A stretch of DNA of 64,000 nt from positions 1 to 64,000 of the forward strand of contig JAANOX010000101.1 of the NCBI GenBank assembly GCA_020184695.1, in the 5' to 3' direction. The position numbers and the translations under genes were made by a program. The notes under the pieces were generated by a model, which was given only the letters and a program-made list of their open reading frames with translations, had not been told where the DNA came from and did no database searches. Shown here piece by piece: positions 62,671 through 64,000 of this stretch. The DNA comes from Histomonas meleagridis 2922-C6/04-290x. Taxonomy: Eukaryota > Protista > Parabasalia. Every line of letters starts with the position of its first letter. The stretch's first letter is position 1.

Positions 62671-63756
62671 TATTTTTAAATATGATTTTGATAAAATATA
62701 TCAAGAATGATTTACTATAATTCTCAGAGAGTAGAATGTCAATTTTCTTTTTCAGAGGCAAGATATTATAATTCGTAAAAAAGTCAATATTTTAAGCTTC
62801 ATATTTTAATATATTATAGATATTTTATAAAAATAAGATCATATAAATATACACCATGAATTTGTTTTATATTATATTTATGATAATGATGAACACTAAC
62901 TATAGGATGATGGAGAAGAGCTCCAAAATATGTGGAAAATTGAATTTGTCACAAAAAGTCGACTTTTTGAATTCGATGTTATCAATTTTCAATTCTCTCA
63001 ATTTTGAATTAAAGCCTAAATTTGCGGTTTTACCCCTTAACCTTCATTTCATTAACGGTCGCGCAAGATTTACAATATTATATCAAAATTCAAACAGACT
63101 TTCTCAAATACATTTCGGATTTCTTTTTCTTATTTAATGTTTTAGTTATTTCCAATATCTTTCGCCTGTTCTGTGCTTTAAAAAGAGAAGAAGGGGAAGA
63201 TGACATCAAAAAAAGGAGACAATTTATTGGTGACGATTATAATGTATTGAAAATATTGGGTAAAAAGGGCAAATAAACCGTTTTTGCCTTTGAGGTGTGC
63301 ATAGGAAACTATTTTGATAATATCTATAAATTGTCCATCAGCTTTTAAAAGATACTCTAACTATAGATTAAATAGATTGAATAAATTGAAAATATTTTGA
63401 AAAAAAGGAACATTGTATCGGTACGTCATTCGGTATTTTTGTTTGTTCAACAGAGCAATTTTATATCTTCATAACTACACATTCTCATTGGGTGTTACTA
63501 GGCTCAGCATATTCTCCTCCGAAATATATGGAAAATATTATAATTTTTATGTTGAAATTGAGTGAAATCATGATTTTTTTAAAGATTTAAATTTTATTTT
63601 TTAAAAATAAATTCCTTGATATGCCCTCCTTAAATTATTGTCTTCTACTCATGATTTGTTTTTTGTCAAGAACTAAAAAATCCAAATGGACTATTTTTTT
63701 GACAAGATGATCTGAAAATTTTCATTTTTTTGTGAGTGCCACACCACCTATATTTT

Positions 63757-63970
63757 AAATAAAACAAATAAATATCTTTAGCATTAATATCAATTCCTTC
63801 TTGTTTAATAAGTAATTTAACTATTTCTCGATGACCATTTTTAGATGCAAACAGAAGTGCTGTATCAAATAAAGTAAATAATTTCCAAATATTATTTTTA
63901 AATATAAAATTATTAAAATAAATTTTAAATAAAACAAATAAATATTTTTAGCATTAATATCAATTCCTTC
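63757..63970 (-). pseudogene. Ankyrin repeat fragment with 17-nt insert arrays
   Basis: Inserts at 63927-63943, 63907-63923, 63887-63903, 63867-63883 give GIDINAK-N|K|Y|G|D-TALLFASKNGHREIVKLLIKQEGIDINAK-D|K; next insert at 63757-63773; unrelated sequence on both sides. Confidence 0.8.
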
Positions 63971-64000
63971 TGTTCCCAAGAAGTACTCTGGTGAATTCCC

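Noticed and set aside
63022-63276. Kinase-like YNVLKILGKKG ending
   Set aside because: Stops immediately with no further kinase motifs; at most a tiny remnant.

Overview
AT-rich, gene-dense eukaryotic DNA, most consistent with a parabasalid protist (Tritrichomonas/Histomonas/Trichomonas-like). Supporting signs are DUF3447-type ankyrin genes, BspA-like LRR surface proteins, 23-24 nt GT-AG introns with TAAC-N5-6-AG ends, and Tc1/mariner remnants. Housekeeping genes include a DHHC palmitoyltransferase, an auxin-efflux-type carrier, a BEACH protein, TTLL, Rab1 and another Rab, a DnaJ-like protein, TBCE, a PP2A-A-like subunit, a SNF2-like protein, TOR, the p28 dynein light chain, an importin-beta-like protein, DAD1, an RRM protein, RPLP1 and TRAP-beta. 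Main observation: four separate ankyrin loci (1-971, 26086-27942, 39852-40007, 63757-63943) have their repeats cut at the D-x-x-G-x-T beta-hairpin by U-rich inserts. The inserts are 17 nt long (about 55 copies, one of 18 nt), end in TTT, lack GT-AG ends and sit on codon boundaries. Between them lie micro-exons of one codon (3 nt) or two codons (6 nt). Removing every 17-mer restores the frame and consensus ankyrin hairpins such as D-N-S-G-F-T-A-L, N-K-Y-G-D-T-A-L, N-I-A-G-R-E-P-I-H and D-G-E-G-W-S-P-L-H. This points to a non-canonical micro-intron or recoding system that I do not recognise as described, and it may diversify the ankyrin binding loop. Second observation: a GC-richer intergenic island (about 55520-56010, minus strand) has a CCUAACCCUAA template-like tract, an abutting 9-bp helix and a U-rich/A-rich pseudoknot-like element, making it a candidate telomerase RNA. 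All processing mechanisms are inferred; no transcript data were available.
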